Assembly: GCA_017513085.1 (NCBI GenBank)
Contig: JAFWDK010000010.1
Span: forward strand, 160,001-224,000
DNA: 64,000 bases
Origin: Clostridiales bacterium
GTDB lineage: Bacteria; Bacillota; Clostridia; Saccharofermentanales; Saccharofermentanaceae
Direction of reading: 5' to 3'
Shown: positions 40,786 to 50,296 of the stretch, in pieces
How the letters are laid out: the number at the start of each line of letters is the position of its first letter
How positions within the stretch are numbered: position 1 is the first letter of the stretch
Notes under the pieces: model-generated
Told to the model about the DNA's origin: nothing
Databases searched by the model: none
The model's input: only the letters and a program-made list of their open reading frames with translations
Position numbers and translations under genes: made by a program

Positions 40786-41269
40786 GATCTATATTGAAAA
40801 GATCTGTGAGGATGCGGTGATTCCGGCCTATGCACACGATGGAGATGCCGGTATGGATCTTTATAGTGTGGAAGATGTGATCATTGAACCGGGGCAGACT
40901 GTTCTTGTTAAGACCGGTCTCAAGATGGCCATTCCGAAAGGATACGAAGTCCAGGTACGCCCGAGAAGCGGTATTTCGTTAAATACACCGCTTCGTATTC
41001 CGAACAGCCCTGGAACGATCGACAGCGGATATAGAGGAGAAGTCTGTGTGATCATGGAAAATACTTCTCCTTTGGAAAGCAAAGTCGAGGGACAAGTGCT
41101 TTCGCTGAAGGAAAAGGGTAACCAAAAGGGTACTTATAAGATTTCAAAAGGTGACAGGGTCGCCCAGATGGTCGTGGCCGCATATGCATCTGCCGCGTTT
41201 CAGGAATGTAAGGATGTTTCCTTGATCGGAGAAGACCGTATGGGCGGATTTGGTTCTACAGGCGTGTGA
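40775..41269 (+). CDS. dut: dUTP diphosphatase
   Basis: DAGMDL, RPRSG, PGTIDSGYRGE, RVAQ, RMGGFGSTG. Confidence 0.97.
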   Translation: MNIEIYIEKICEDAVIPAYAHDGDAGMDLYSVEDVIIEPGQTVLVKTGLKMAIPKGYEVQVRPRSGISLNTPLRIPNSPGTIDSGYRGEVCVIMENTSPLESKVEGQVLSLKEKGNQKGTYKISKGDRVAQMVVAAYASAAFQECKDVSLIGEDRMGGFGSTGV

Positions 41270-41394
41270 GTAGCCGGCTTTTCTTCGTGAGTAGTCAATT
41301 TGCCCTTTGCATGATAAAATAGTATGATTGCTGAAAGGTATATGATCGTGCAGTTTCAGCCTTTCTTAATCATCTTATGTTGTGAGGAAAAAGA

Positions 41395-42414
41395 ATGTAT
41401 CATCAGGGATTGACCAAACGAGAAGGTAAAAGACTTTCGTTTTCAAAACTGATCGTGCGTATGGCACTGATCCTGAGTATCCTGGCAGTTATTGTCGTTT
41501 CCGTTATCGTAATTACTGCTTCGACGGCGAACCATCTCATGAGTATCGATAAGAAGCCGATGAGTAATATTCCGGCAACGATCCTGCCGAGTTATTCTGC
41601 GACGAGCTTTACATCTGCAGATGATCAGACTATTCTTTCCGGTTGGTTTTTTAAAACGGAAGATCCAATCAGTACAGTTATAGTTGTGCATGACACGCAG
41701 TCCAACCGTGTTCCGTTCGGCGTGGAAATGGTTGACTTGATCGATGACTTCATAAGCATGCATTTCAATGTATTCCTGTTCGATATGAGAAATTCCGGTG
41801 AATCCGAAGGTGTGATCTCGGGTTATGGATATCTGGAGTGGCAGGATGTGCTTGGCGCAATCAAGCATGTAAAGAAGATTTCGGTAACTACGGACGTGAT
41901 CCTCTATGGGATCGGATCAGGCTGCAGTGCCTCGCTTCTGGCTTTAGACCGCTTGCCGCCTTCTTCCGAAGCCGAGGTCCTGGAACAATACAGTAAGAAT
42001 ATCGTTGATCTGGGATTTGATGCGTCCTATGTAGCCGGTGTGATCTTTGATTCTCCGGCGAAGAACTCGGACGACTATATCACGCCGTACGTATTCAAAG
42101 AGTCGAAATTTGCTTTTTTGACGCAGTATTTCGTCCCGTATGCGATACGTATTTCTGCCGGTGTATCGGATAATGTCAATCTGGCCACAGAGATCTCCCG
42201 ACTTCCTATTCCTGTCTGTATTATATATGGAGGACGAGATACGTTTGTCGGTGCGGAAAAAGCCGGTCAGATCGTCTCCGAACGTTTGCGTTTAAATCCG
42301 AATACAACTATGGCGAAGATGTTTTCCGGTGCCGGATATGTGGAGTCTTATATGATCGACCCGGTCGAGTACCGTAACACTATCAAAGAATTTCTAAACA
42401 CCTATTTCAAATAA
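41395..42414 (+). CDS. Membrane-anchored alpha/beta-hydrolase-fold protein (YqkD-like), catalytic residues apparently lost
   Basis: N-terminal TM; LSGWF, FDMRNSGESEG, YGYLEWQD; GIGSG in place of GxSxG; GAGY in place of GAGH. Confidence 0.8.
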   Translation: MYHQGLTKREGKRLSFSKLIVRMALILSILAVIVVSVIVITASTANHLMSIDKKPMSNIPATILPSYSATSFTSADDQTILSGWFFKTEDPISTVIVVHDTQSNRVPFGVEMVDLIDDFISMHFNVFLFDMRNSGESEGVISGYGYLEWQDVLGAIKHVKKISVTTDVILYGIGSGCSASLLALDRLPPSSEAEVLEQYSKNIVDLGFDASYVAGVIFDSPAKNSDDYITPYVFKESKFAFLTQYFVPYAIRISAGVSDNVNLATEISRLPIPVCIIYGGRDTFVGAEKAGQIVSERLRLNPNTTMAKMFSGAGYVESYMIDPVEYRNTIKEFLNTYFK

Positions 42415-42427
42415 AAGGAGTCGTTTC

Positions 42428-43432
42428 GTGTCTATTATTACATTGGGAATTGAATCATCTTGTGACGAGACCGCATGTGCAGTGATCGAAGACGGACGTA
42501 TCGTTCGCTCCAGTATTATTGCTTCGCAGGCAGATCTTCACAGCCAGTATGGCGGAGTCGTTCCGGAACTTGCTTCCAGAATGCATGTTGAGGCGATCGT
42601 TCCCTGTATACGCGAGGCCATGAAGCAGGCATCGATCGAGTATTCTGATATAGATGCTGTTTGTGTAACCAAAGGCCCGGGCCTGGTCGGCGCTCTCCTA
42701 GTTGGTGTTTCTGCGGCCAAAGCACTTTGTGAGGTCAAGAAAATTCCGCTTGTTGGTGTAAATCATATGGCCGGACACATAGCGGCGAATTATCTTACGG
42801 ATGTTTCGTGGGAACCTCCGTTCCTTTGTCTGGTGGTTTCCGGTGGGCATAGTGAGATCCTGCTTGTTAAGGATTATGCCGATATGGAGTATATCTGTGC
42901 AACAAGAGATGACGCTGCCGGAGAGGCTTTTGATAAGATCGCGCGTGTGATCGGTCTGGGTTATCCCGGTGGGCCGAAACTCGATAAAGCTAGCCAGACA
43001 GGGGATCCGACGGCGTTTTCTTTTCCTGCCCCCAAGATCAGCGATTCTCTGGATTTTTCTTTCAGTGGAATCAAGACGGCCGCTCTGAATACTATCAATC
43101 AGGTCCGTCTAAAGGGTGAAGATGTGGATGTCAATGATTTTGCCGCATCGTATCAGGATGCGATCTGTTCGATCCTTACGGATCGCTTGTGGAAAGCAGT
43201 CAAGAAGACAAAAATGAAGAAGATATGTCTGGCAGGTGGTGTTTCCGCCAACTCATGTCTTCGTGCCAAAATCACTGAAATGGCACGGAAAAACCATCTG
43301 GAGCTTTGTTTGCCGAAAATGGCTTACTGTACGGACAATGCTGCCATGATCGCCTCGGCAGGATATTATGATTATGTCGCCGGAATACGGGACGGCTTGG
43401 ATATGAATGCCTACCCGTCTTTAGAAATGTAG
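42428..43432 (+). CDS. tsaD: tRNA N6-adenosine threonylcarbamoyltransferase TsaD
   Basis: LGIESSCDET, GGVVPELASR, HMAGH, SGGH, DDAAGEAFDK, TDNAAMIA. Confidence 0.98.
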   Translation: MSIITLGIESSCDETACAVIEDGRIVRSSIIASQADLHSQYGGVVPELASRMHVEAIVPCIREAMKQASIEYSDIDAVCVTKGPGLVGALLVGVSAAKALCEVKKIPLVGVNHMAGHIAANYLTDVSWEPPFLCLVVSGGHSEILLVKDYADMEYICATRDDAAGEAFDKIARVIGLGYPGGPKLDKASQTGDPTAFSFPAPKISDSLDFSFSGIKTAALNTINQVRLKGEDVDVNDFAASYQDAICSILTDRLWKAVKKTKMKKICLAGGVSANSCLRAKITEMARKNHLELCLPKMAYCTDNAAMIASAGYYDYVAGIRDGLDMNAYPSLEM

Positions 43433-43441
43433 GAGGAAAAT

Positions 43442-43921
43442 ATGGCCATTGCTAAAGGAATAAAACTCATAGCCGAGAATCGTAAAGCTTTTCACGACTA
43501 TATCATAGAAGAAAAATATGAAGCCGGAATCGCGCTTTCAGGAACGGAAGTTAAGTCTTTACGGGCCGGGAAAGTTAATCTGAAGGATAGTTATGTCCAG
43601 TGCAAAGAAGGGGAGATATGGCTTATTGGGGTTCATATCAGTCCTTATGACCATGGCAACCGTTATAATCTTGATCCGATGCGTACGAGAAAGCTCCTGA
43701 TGCATAAGAGTGAGATCGTTAAACTGTATTCGATCTGCAAACAGGATGGACTGACCATGGTTCCGACCAAATGCTATTTTAAGGATGGAAAAGTTAAATT
43801 CGAAATCGGTCTTGCTCGAGGAAAGAAGAACTTCGATAAGCGTGATTCTGCCGCAGAAAAGACGGCCAAAAGGGATATTGATCGGGCACTGAAAAATCAA
43901 AAAAAGAATTCTTCATTTTGA
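43442..43921 (+). CDS. smpB: SsrA-binding protein SmpB
   Basis: NRKAFHDY, EAGIALSGTEVKSLR, RKLLMHK, GKK.FDKR. Confidence 0.98.
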   Translation: MAIAKGIKLIAENRKAFHDYIIEEKYEAGIALSGTEVKSLRAGKVNLKDSYVQCKEGEIWLIGVHISPYDHGNRYNLDPMRTRKLLMHKSEIVKLYSICKQDGLTMVPTKCYFKDGKVKFEIGLARGKKNFDKRDSAAEKTAKRDIDRALKNQKKNSSF

Positions 43922-43998
43922 CGTTTCGCTAAATATTTTGAGTATATCGCATAAATGTAGTATACTTGATGTGAAATAAGCGGAGGAAGAAGTATTTC

Positions 43999-44574
43999 AT
44001 GGGTTTGGATCAGAAAAAGGCGAAAGAGGTTTTTCATCCTCTATATTTTTTGTTTTCCATAGTTATGTGGGTTCTTGTCGTGTCTTGGATGATCGTTATT
44101 TTTTCGTTGTCATCGGAGACAGGGGATGTTTCTTCCGTTCGTTCTCATGATCTTGTGCAGACGATCAACGATAGTATGAAGCTTTATCTGAATGAGGCTT
44201 TTGTCCGTAAATTCGCACATATTATCGAATTCCTTGTTTTATCGATTCTTGCATATATTGCCATGTTTGCAACCAAGCATATTCAGTCTGATGTTTCCTG
44301 GAATGATTCCAAATTCATCCAGATGAAGAGTGATAATGAAGTATATATTGCTTTTGCTTTGTGGGTCACGGCCCTTTCGGCTGTTGCAGACGAGTATCAT
44401 CAGATTTTCGTGGATGGACGTAGCGCCAGTTTCTTCGATGTATTTCTGGATCTGGCAGGCGCGGTCGTTCTGATGGTGATCATTCGGGTGGTTGTCTCCA
44501 TTCGTGTTATTATTCGAAACAAGAAAGAGATCGTCGGCCTAAGAGGTCCGGACGGATCGATGGAGGGCTTCTAA
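43999..44574 (+). CDS. VanZ-family membrane protein
   Basis: WMIVIFSLSS, RKFAHIIEF, DEYHQIFVDGRSA..DV..D. Confidence 0.9.
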   Translation: MGLDQKKAKEVFHPLYFLFSIVMWVLVVSWMIVIFSLSSETGDVSSVRSHDLVQTINDSMKLYLNEAFVRKFAHIIEFLVLSILAYIAMFATKHIQSDVSWNDSKFIQMKSDNEVYIAFALWVTALSAVADEYHQIFVDGRSASFFDVFLDLAGAVVLMVIIRVVVSIRVIIRNKKEIVGLRGPDGSMEGF

Positions 44575-44931
44575 ATGGGCATTTTTGATAGACGTAAGGA
44601 GAAAGAAAAAGAGAAGAAAGAGTCTCCTGAATGGGTCCGTGCATATATGCCGTCTTATTCTTTTATGTCGGATAAGAAGGGAAATCCGTGTGGTGCTTTT
44701 TCCTTGAACGAAGGCATTTCGACTCGCTTCCCCAAGAAACCCGGCGATTTCTATGAGGAAACACCATCTTTTATCATGGTGGTGATCAGTTCCACGGACA
44801 AGAAGATCCTTGGTGAAATTGAGTATGATAAAGCTATCAAACAGCTTGAGAAGTATATGATCGACGAAACTAAGGATGAGATACTGATTCGTGAATTGAC
44901 CTATAAAGAGTTGAAAGAAATACTTGCTTGA
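44575..44931 (+). CDS. Hypothetical protein (118 aa)
   Basis: ORF abutting the VanZ stop, with GGAGGG RBS and a terminator after it. Confidence 0.7.
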   Translation: MGIFDRRKEKEKEKKESPEWVRAYMPSYSFMSDKKGNPCGAFSLNEGISTRFPKKPGDFYEETPSFIMVVISSTDKKILGEIEYDKAIKQLEKYMIDETKDEILIRELTYKELKEILA

Positions 44932-44948
44932 TTTTTATTTTACGCATA

Positions 44949-44984
44949 AAGAAAGGGCGTTTCCGTTCGGAAACGCCCTTTCTT
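44949..44984. terminator. Bidirectional intrinsic terminator between convergent genes
   Basis: AAGAAAGGGCGTTTCC-gttc-GGAAACGCCCTTTCTT. Confidence 0.92.
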
Positions 44985-45006
44985 GATCAGTAATAGTATC
45001 TTCCAA

Positions 45007-46236
45007 TCAGTTCATCCAGGAAGTCTTGGAACGTTCCTTGATATCAACCATGCAGAAGTAAGACTTACCGGCATTGATCTCGATCGGCTTGCCGTCCTTA
45101 TCCGTGATCTGGATCATATCCATCGGATTCGGCTTGATCCAGTTGATCTCAACGAGTTTGCCGTTCGATACGTAATAACCCTGTCCGCCAAGTTCCAGAG
45201 AGAAATCCAGACGGCCGGCACCATCATGACGATCGTGGATATTTGTATAAAGCACGAATACGTTAGTGAAGTGGAGCTGTTCATCTGTGGTATCGTCTGT
45301 TTGAGGTGTATCACGATACTGGCTCTTGTAGTAGCAATGATCTTTATCGTTATAAACAAAGTGAGCATCTTTGTTGATCTCAGAGAAGTAAACCTGAAGA
45401 TCCTTACAATCAAATGCATCTTTCATAGGAGCTGTTCCGTCCGGTACGAAATTCATTACCATTGGGATCTCTTCAGTCTTGGTATTGATGCCAAGGAAAT
45501 CGATCGCACGCTGAACCTGCTCACCGTTTGTAACTGCGCAATCCTGCAGAACACGCTTGTCTTCCTTTTTCCAGTGCAGATCACGCCAAGAGAACTTGTT
45601 ACCGTTGAGCTCGATCTTTCCGTCGGTATCTGCCAGCCAGCCAGCATCATATTCATTCATATCAATGTGGTCGATGTTGTATTCCTTGAAGTAGGCAGGG
45701 AATTTAGTCTGGTCAAAACCCCAGTGAACAAGGATCGAATTTGTTCCGTCTGCCAGATCGGCGGCAACTACACGTGCGCTACGGAAAGAACCGATAACTT
45801 CAACCTTGGAAATGTCAGGGAACAGGCACAAAAGTCTTGTCTGGCCACCCTCGGTCTCGTATTCGTAAATGATATCAGCTTTCGCTGTGCCCTTGGAAGG
45901 CGTAGCTGCCTCAAGGTTACTGATCGTACATGCAATGGATCGTTTGCCGACATTCTTTGGATCCATGTCCTGGATTCCAGTGTAAGGATCGAGAGCCAAC
46001 GGGTTCTTCGGATCGATCAATGGATTCTCTGTGACTTCTGCAATAGCCTTGGTTTCCTCGGTTGTTGCATCTGTACTCTCAGTTGTTGTGGTCGCTTCCG
46101 TTGTTGTCGTTGTTGTAGCAGCAGTAGTTGCGGATGTAGTTGTTTCCTCGCTCTTTCCGCAAGAACATAAAGAAAGAGGAGTAATGATCGTAACACCTGC
46201 AATCAAAGCTGCTAACGTTTGAATTTGCTTTTTCAT
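45007..46236 (-). CDS. DUF3048 (YerB-like) lipoprotein with a Thr-rich linker
   Basis: Lipobox-like LCSC; PYTG, ADIIYE..EGGQTR, GSFRSAR, GQGYYVSNGK..I.W. Confidence 0.85.
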   Translation of the reverse strand: MKKQIQTLAALIAGVTIITPLSLCSCGKSEETTTSATTAATTTTTTEATTTTESTDATTEETKAIAEVTENPLIDPKNPLALDPYTGIQDMDPKNVGKRSIACTISNLEAATPSKGTAKADIIYEYETEGGQTRLLCLFPDISKVEVIGSFRSARVVAADLADGTNSILVHWGFDQTKFPAYFKEYNIDHIDMNEYDAGWLADTDGKIELNGNKFSWRDLHWKKEDKRVLQDCAVTNGEQVQRAIDFLGINTKTEEIPMVMNFVPDGTAPMKDAFDCKDLQVYFSEINKDAHFVYNDKDHCYYKSQYRDTPQTDDTTDEQLHFTNVFVLYTNIHDRHDGAGRLDFSLELGGQGYYVSNGKLVEINWIKPNPMDMIQITDKDGKPIEINAGKSYFCMVDIKERSKTSWMN

Positions 46237-46353
46237 TTTCTTTCTCCTTCAAATTAATATGTATATTTTAACACAAGATACCGAAATGTATTATTACATT
46301 GAAAAGTCATTGAAAATCATGTAATATTATGCAAGGTTAGAAAGGATGTTTAC

Positions 46354-47478
46354 ATGTCTTCTAGTGAATTTGACAACTATTCCAATAAAGAACAGGGGAC
46401 TTACAGACGCGAAGATAAGTCCGGCAGTTCTTTCGCAAAGAAAATTGTGAAATTCCTTTGTTATGTTTTATGTGCGGTGCTTGGTCTGGGTACCGGTGTA
46501 ATTTTATATGTTTATCGCCTGATGGGCGCGGTAGGATTTGTAAATACTCCATTTGTCAGTAAGAGACAGTATGAAACTATTGATTTTGCCAATCTTGATT
46601 CAATAGATCCGGAAAAGGCAGGCATTTCCTGGTCGGAAGGCGGGCATACCAAAGTATATGTAAATGAGAATTATCCGATTAAGAAGATTTCCCAGAAGGA
46701 TTCGAAAATTGAAAATATCCTGGTCTTTGGCGTAGATTCACGTGGCTCCAACGATGTGAATTGCCGGGCGGATGCCATTTTGGTCGTTTCTATCGACCAT
46801 CGTCACGATACATTGAAGATGATCTCGTTGATGCGTGATACCGGTGTTAAGATCGAAGGAAGATCAAGCGTGGATAAACTTACCCATTCCTATGCCTATG
46901 GCGGTGTCGGACTTTTGATCAATACGATCAACGATAATTTCGGTTTGGACATACAGAGGTTTGTCATGCTGGATTTCGGAAGTTCTTCCAATCTGATCGA
47001 TCTTGTAGGCGGTGTGGATATCCTGGTCAGTGCCAGTGAAGTAAAGTATGCCAACCACAGCATCAATGAAGAAAATATGCTTCTTGGAACGAATGTGCCC
47101 CTGCTTACGCATGAAGGTCTGCAGACACTAAACGGCGTACAGGCTACATCGTGGGCACGTATCCGTAAACTGGATTCTGATTATGTGCGTTCCAGCAGAC
47201 AGAGAACGCTGGCGATTGCGCTTATCCAGAAAGTCGGTGAGCTTGGACGTTTGGAACAGACTGCTTTACTTGAGGATTCGATAGGTATGTTCGAGACCAA
47301 TATGAATCCGCTTGATATGATGCGAATTGCGCTTTCTGCAGTCGAAGTAATGGGAAATATCGAAGAATACCGTGCACCTTGTGATGGTATGTTTACTGTT
47401 CAGCCGGATCCTTGGATCATGTTCGTGGACTGGGATCAGCAGATTTCTGATCTGCATCGTTTCATCTGGGGGGAGTAA
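46354..47478 (+). CDS. LCP (LytR-CpsA-Psr) family protein, second paralog
   Basis: N-terminal TM; NILVFGVDSR, RADAI, SLMRDT, KLTHSYAYGG, LNG.QA..WARIRK.DSD..R..RQ. Confidence 0.93.
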   Translation: MSSSEFDNYSNKEQGTYRREDKSGSSFAKKIVKFLCYVLCAVLGLGTGVILYVYRLMGAVGFVNTPFVSKRQYETIDFANLDSIDPEKAGISWSEGGHTKVYVNENYPIKKISQKDSKIENILVFGVDSRGSNDVNCRADAILVVSIDHRHDTLKMISLMRDTGVKIEGRSSVDKLTHSYAYGGVGLLINTINDNFGLDIQRFVMLDFGSSSNLIDLVGGVDILVSASEVKYANHSINEENMLLGTNVPLLTHEGLQTLNGVQATSWARIRKLDSDYVRSSRQRTLAIALIQKVGELGRLEQTALLEDSIGMFETNMNPLDMMRIALSAVEVMGNIEEYRAPCDGMFTVQPDPWIMFVDWDQQISDLHRFIWGE

Positions 47479-47481
47479 ATA

Positions 47482-49035
47482 ATGAGTAAAACTTCTTCGG
47501 CAGTTGTATGCGAGACAAATCAGATTTTGGGCGCAAATCAGGAAAATGTCTTTTTCCATAGCCTTTTCCGCACTACAGAGGAGTTTCAGAGTTCTTTTGT
47601 ACGCTCTGCCAAGTCGACTTCTCCGATTCAGATCTGTGCTTGCCTTTCGGCACAAGGGGATGATACTCAGGCAGCGTTGACTCTTCAAGGCGTGCTGAGA
47701 AAGTTTCAGGCGCTTGTTGCGCAGACGCAGTTAAAAACGGTTTTGGACTATGATGTTTTTGTTTCTATGGTTGTTTCTACTCTGAATGAATCGGTATGTC
47801 AGGATTCGATCCGGAATAATGGTGCCAAGTTACGTGTTTCCATGTCTATGGTGATCATAGAAGGCGATACACTCCGTGTTATGAATATCGGCAATACGCG
47901 GGTATGGCTGTATAGACAGGGAAAGATGATCTCTCTGACGGAGAGTCAGACTGTTGCGCATCGATATGTTCAGATGGGCGCAATCACGAAAGAACAGGAG
48001 TTTTCCCACGAGGGAAAAAATGAACTGACCCAGTTCCTGGGTCGGTTCCCGCAAGACGGGGAAGTGATCCCGGATAAGAATGTTCACCTGAAACTTCTTG
48101 ATGGTGATGAGATCATCATGCTGGGAACCGGTCTGGATCAGAATATTGAGCCCGCTAAACTTGGATCTGTTATTGCCAGACCATCTGTGCCGGAGACGAA
48201 AGCTTCTGATCTGGTCCACCTTGGTTTGGATAATGGTGTTCAGGCAGGACTTACTGCCTTGGTCATCCGTATAGAAAGTACGTTGATCCTACCAGGAGAT
48301 GCGGATTTTGACAGTTCGTCGATGACTAATAATCTTTCTGTGGCGATGGGCACCGCGGATGCGAAACCGGATCTGGATGCGACGACGCATGTTTCGGAAG
48401 ATACGGTACAGGCTCCGGTCATGCACAAGGAAGAAAAGACCAGAGATTTTTCTTTTCAGCAGGAAGAGAAAACTTCGCATAAAGACCTGTATGAAGATGA
48501 TGAGGAAGATGAAGAAGACGAGTATGAGGAGGACGATGAGGATGAAGACGATGATGAGGACATGATCATCGCCCCTTCACGCGTGAAAGAGAAGAAACCG
48601 AAGAAAAAGAGCAGTGCCTGGCGTTCTGTAATTAAAGGACTGATTATTTTCCTGATTTTTGTCGTAATCGGGTTTGCCGGAATGTATGTGGTTTTCCATG
48701 CCGGTCATTGGACGGGCAAGCTGAAATCTATAACTACGACGACAACGACATCTTCCGACGAAAGTGAGATCGTGGAAGGCCAGGTCGTCTATGCGCTTTA
48801 TGATAATTCGGCTTTATATGTGGAAGAATCCTTGGATAGTCAGGCGATCGATACGTTAGCGAAGGGTGAGGCGGTCACACTCCTGGCGATGAATGATAAT
48901 TTCGCCAAGGTGAAGAAGGAAAACGGTCTGATGGGATATGTTCCGAAAGATATGATCGCTTTTGAAGACCCGACTATAGGCATCAATGATACCAGTGAGT
49001 TTATCGACCCTACACCGATTCCGGCAGAGTCTTGA
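47482..49035 (+). CDS. PP2C-fold (likely inactive) domain + acidic linker + TM + extracellular SH3b domain
   Basis: NIGNTRVWLYRQGKMISLT..QT...YVQMG.IT...H..KNELTQFLG (PP2C core); poly-E/D tract; TM; C-terminal LAKGEAVTLL...FAKVK..NG.MGYV (SH3b). Confidence 0.8.
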   Translation: MSKTSSAVVCETNQILGANQENVFFHSLFRTTEEFQSSFVRSAKSTSPIQICACLSAQGDDTQAALTLQGVLRKFQALVAQTQLKTVLDYDVFVSMVVSTLNESVCQDSIRNNGAKLRVSMSMVIIEGDTLRVMNIGNTRVWLYRQGKMISLTESQTVAHRYVQMGAITKEQEFSHEGKNELTQFLGRFPQDGEVIPDKNVHLKLLDGDEIIMLGTGLDQNIEPAKLGSVIARPSVPETKASDLVHLGLDNGVQAGLTALVIRIESTLILPGDADFDSSSMTNNLSVAMGTADAKPDLDATTHVSEDTVQAPVMHKEEKTRDFSFQQEEKTSHKDLYEDDEEDEEDEYEEDDEDEDDDEDMIIAPSRVKEKKPKKKSSAWRSVIKGLIIFLIFVVIGFAGMYVVFHAGHWTGKLKSITTTTTTSSDESEIVEGQVVYALYDNSALYVEESLDSQAIDTLAKGEAVTLLAMNDNFAKVKKENGLMGYVPKDMIAFEDPTIGINDTSEFIDPTPIPAES

Positions 49036-49041
49036 TCTTCG

Positions 49042-50190
49042 TTATTTGAGGCTGACGCTTTTCATTTCTTCGATCTGGAACTCTTCAGTAAGCGGAAGCG
49101 CAACTTCGGATTTTGTCAGAACGGATTTATAGAATCCCAGCACCATATCCACAGACAAATATCCTGAACGTGCGTCGGCAATAGGCTGTGTTCCGGTAGT
49201 TGCGGCAGTATAGAGATCGTGGTAAATGCCGTAATGCGGGTTCTTCGCTACATTGATCGTATAGGAAAGACCCTGTTTCTTAAGATACCTGCGCAAATAT
49301 TTGAAAGCCAGGTTCTTCCCCTTGGGCGTTGTGATGGAATAGGAAGGTTTTCCTTTCCGTAATGCAATTCGCACGCAGGCTTTTTCAGCGTTGATAAAGA
49401 AACTTGCTTCATGATCGTTCGGGAAAGTCGCGGTGGTTCCCTCGACCTGACACAATGCTCCGTTAGCGAAAGTGAAGATACCGAGAGCTGTATCTTCGGC
49501 TTCCATTTCCCGGAAACGGTTGGCAATCATGCCGTTGACCTTCGAAGCTTCTGTATTCATCAGGTAGCACATCAGATCCAGTGCATGAACAGTCTGGTTC
49601 ATTAAAGCACCACCATCGCTCTTCCATGTTCCACGCCAGGCAGCTTGTGTGTAGTATTCGTTTTCGTGTCCCCAACGGACGATGACGGAACCATGTCCGA
49701 CTTTGCCAAACACGCCATTTACCATATCTTCGTGTAGAAGTGATACGATCGGGAAATAGCGGTAAATATGTCCCATCGCGATCTTCAGGCCTTTGCTTTC
49801 CGCCATGTTATAAAGCTCTAAGGCTTCGGTATTGCTCATCGTCATGGGTTTTTCAAGTAGAATATTGGCTCCGGCGAGAAGACAAGCCTTGGCAACTTCG
49901 AAATGCATGCCGGATGGTACCGTTATGGCAACGATATCCGGATGAACGTCTTCCAGCATATCTTTATAGTTGATGTAACTCTTCATGGAAGAGGTCAAAG
50001 CACGCAGCCGGCTTCCTTTGATTTTGGATCCAGAAAGAAGGTTCTGCGGAGCGTCCTGGTTCGTGTCTACCAAAGCACAAAGCTCGATTTGATCCTGTAA
50101 ACGCGATATTGCTTTAATATGCTTAACGCTGACACGACCACATCCGATGATCGCGGCTTTCAGTTTTTTTGTTTGCGGCGTAGTGCTCAT
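49042..50190 (-). CDS. Gfo/Idh/MocA-family NAD(P)-dependent oxidoreductase
   Basis: AIIGCGRV...H, LLEKPM, WRGTW..DGGALMNQ.VH.LD. Confidence 0.93.
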   Translation of the reverse strand: MSTTPQTKKLKAAIIGCGRVSVKHIKAISRLQDQIELCALVDTNQDAPQNLLSGSKIKGSRLRALTSSMKSYINYKDMLEDVHPDIVAITVPSGMHFEVAKACLLAGANILLEKPMTMSNTEALELYNMAESKGLKIAMGHIYRYFPIVSLLHEDMVNGVFGKVGHGSVIVRWGHENEYYTQAAWRGTWKSDGGALMNQTVHALDLMCYLMNTEASKVNGMIANRFREMEAEDTALGIFTFANGALCQVEGTTATFPNDHEASFFINAEKACVRIALRKGKPSYSITTPKGKNLAFKYLRRYLKKQGLSYTINVAKNPHYGIYHDLYTAATTGTQPIADARSGYLSVDMVLGFYKSVLTKSEVALPLTEEFQIEEMKSVSLK

Positions 50191-50296
50191 ATCCGTTGCC
50201 TGCTTTCCTAAAATACAACGATATTCTATCATATTGAGCCAAAGAGAAGTGTAAAATGTTACAATAATACCAAGAATTGCAATCGGAGGTTAGGCT

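Noticed and set aside
41330-41367. GCTGAAA...TTTCAGC hairpin in the leader of the alpha/beta-hydrolase gene
   Set aside because: It is only a 7-bp stem with no recognisable riboswitch features, so chance cannot be excluded.
43922-43998. Possible tmRNA (ssrA) next to smpB
   Set aside because: The gap is far too short and has no tRNA-like ends.
48490-48560. GAT/GAA/GAG low-complexity tract
   Set aside because: It encodes the poly-Glu/Asp linker of the PP2C-like protein and is not a separate element.
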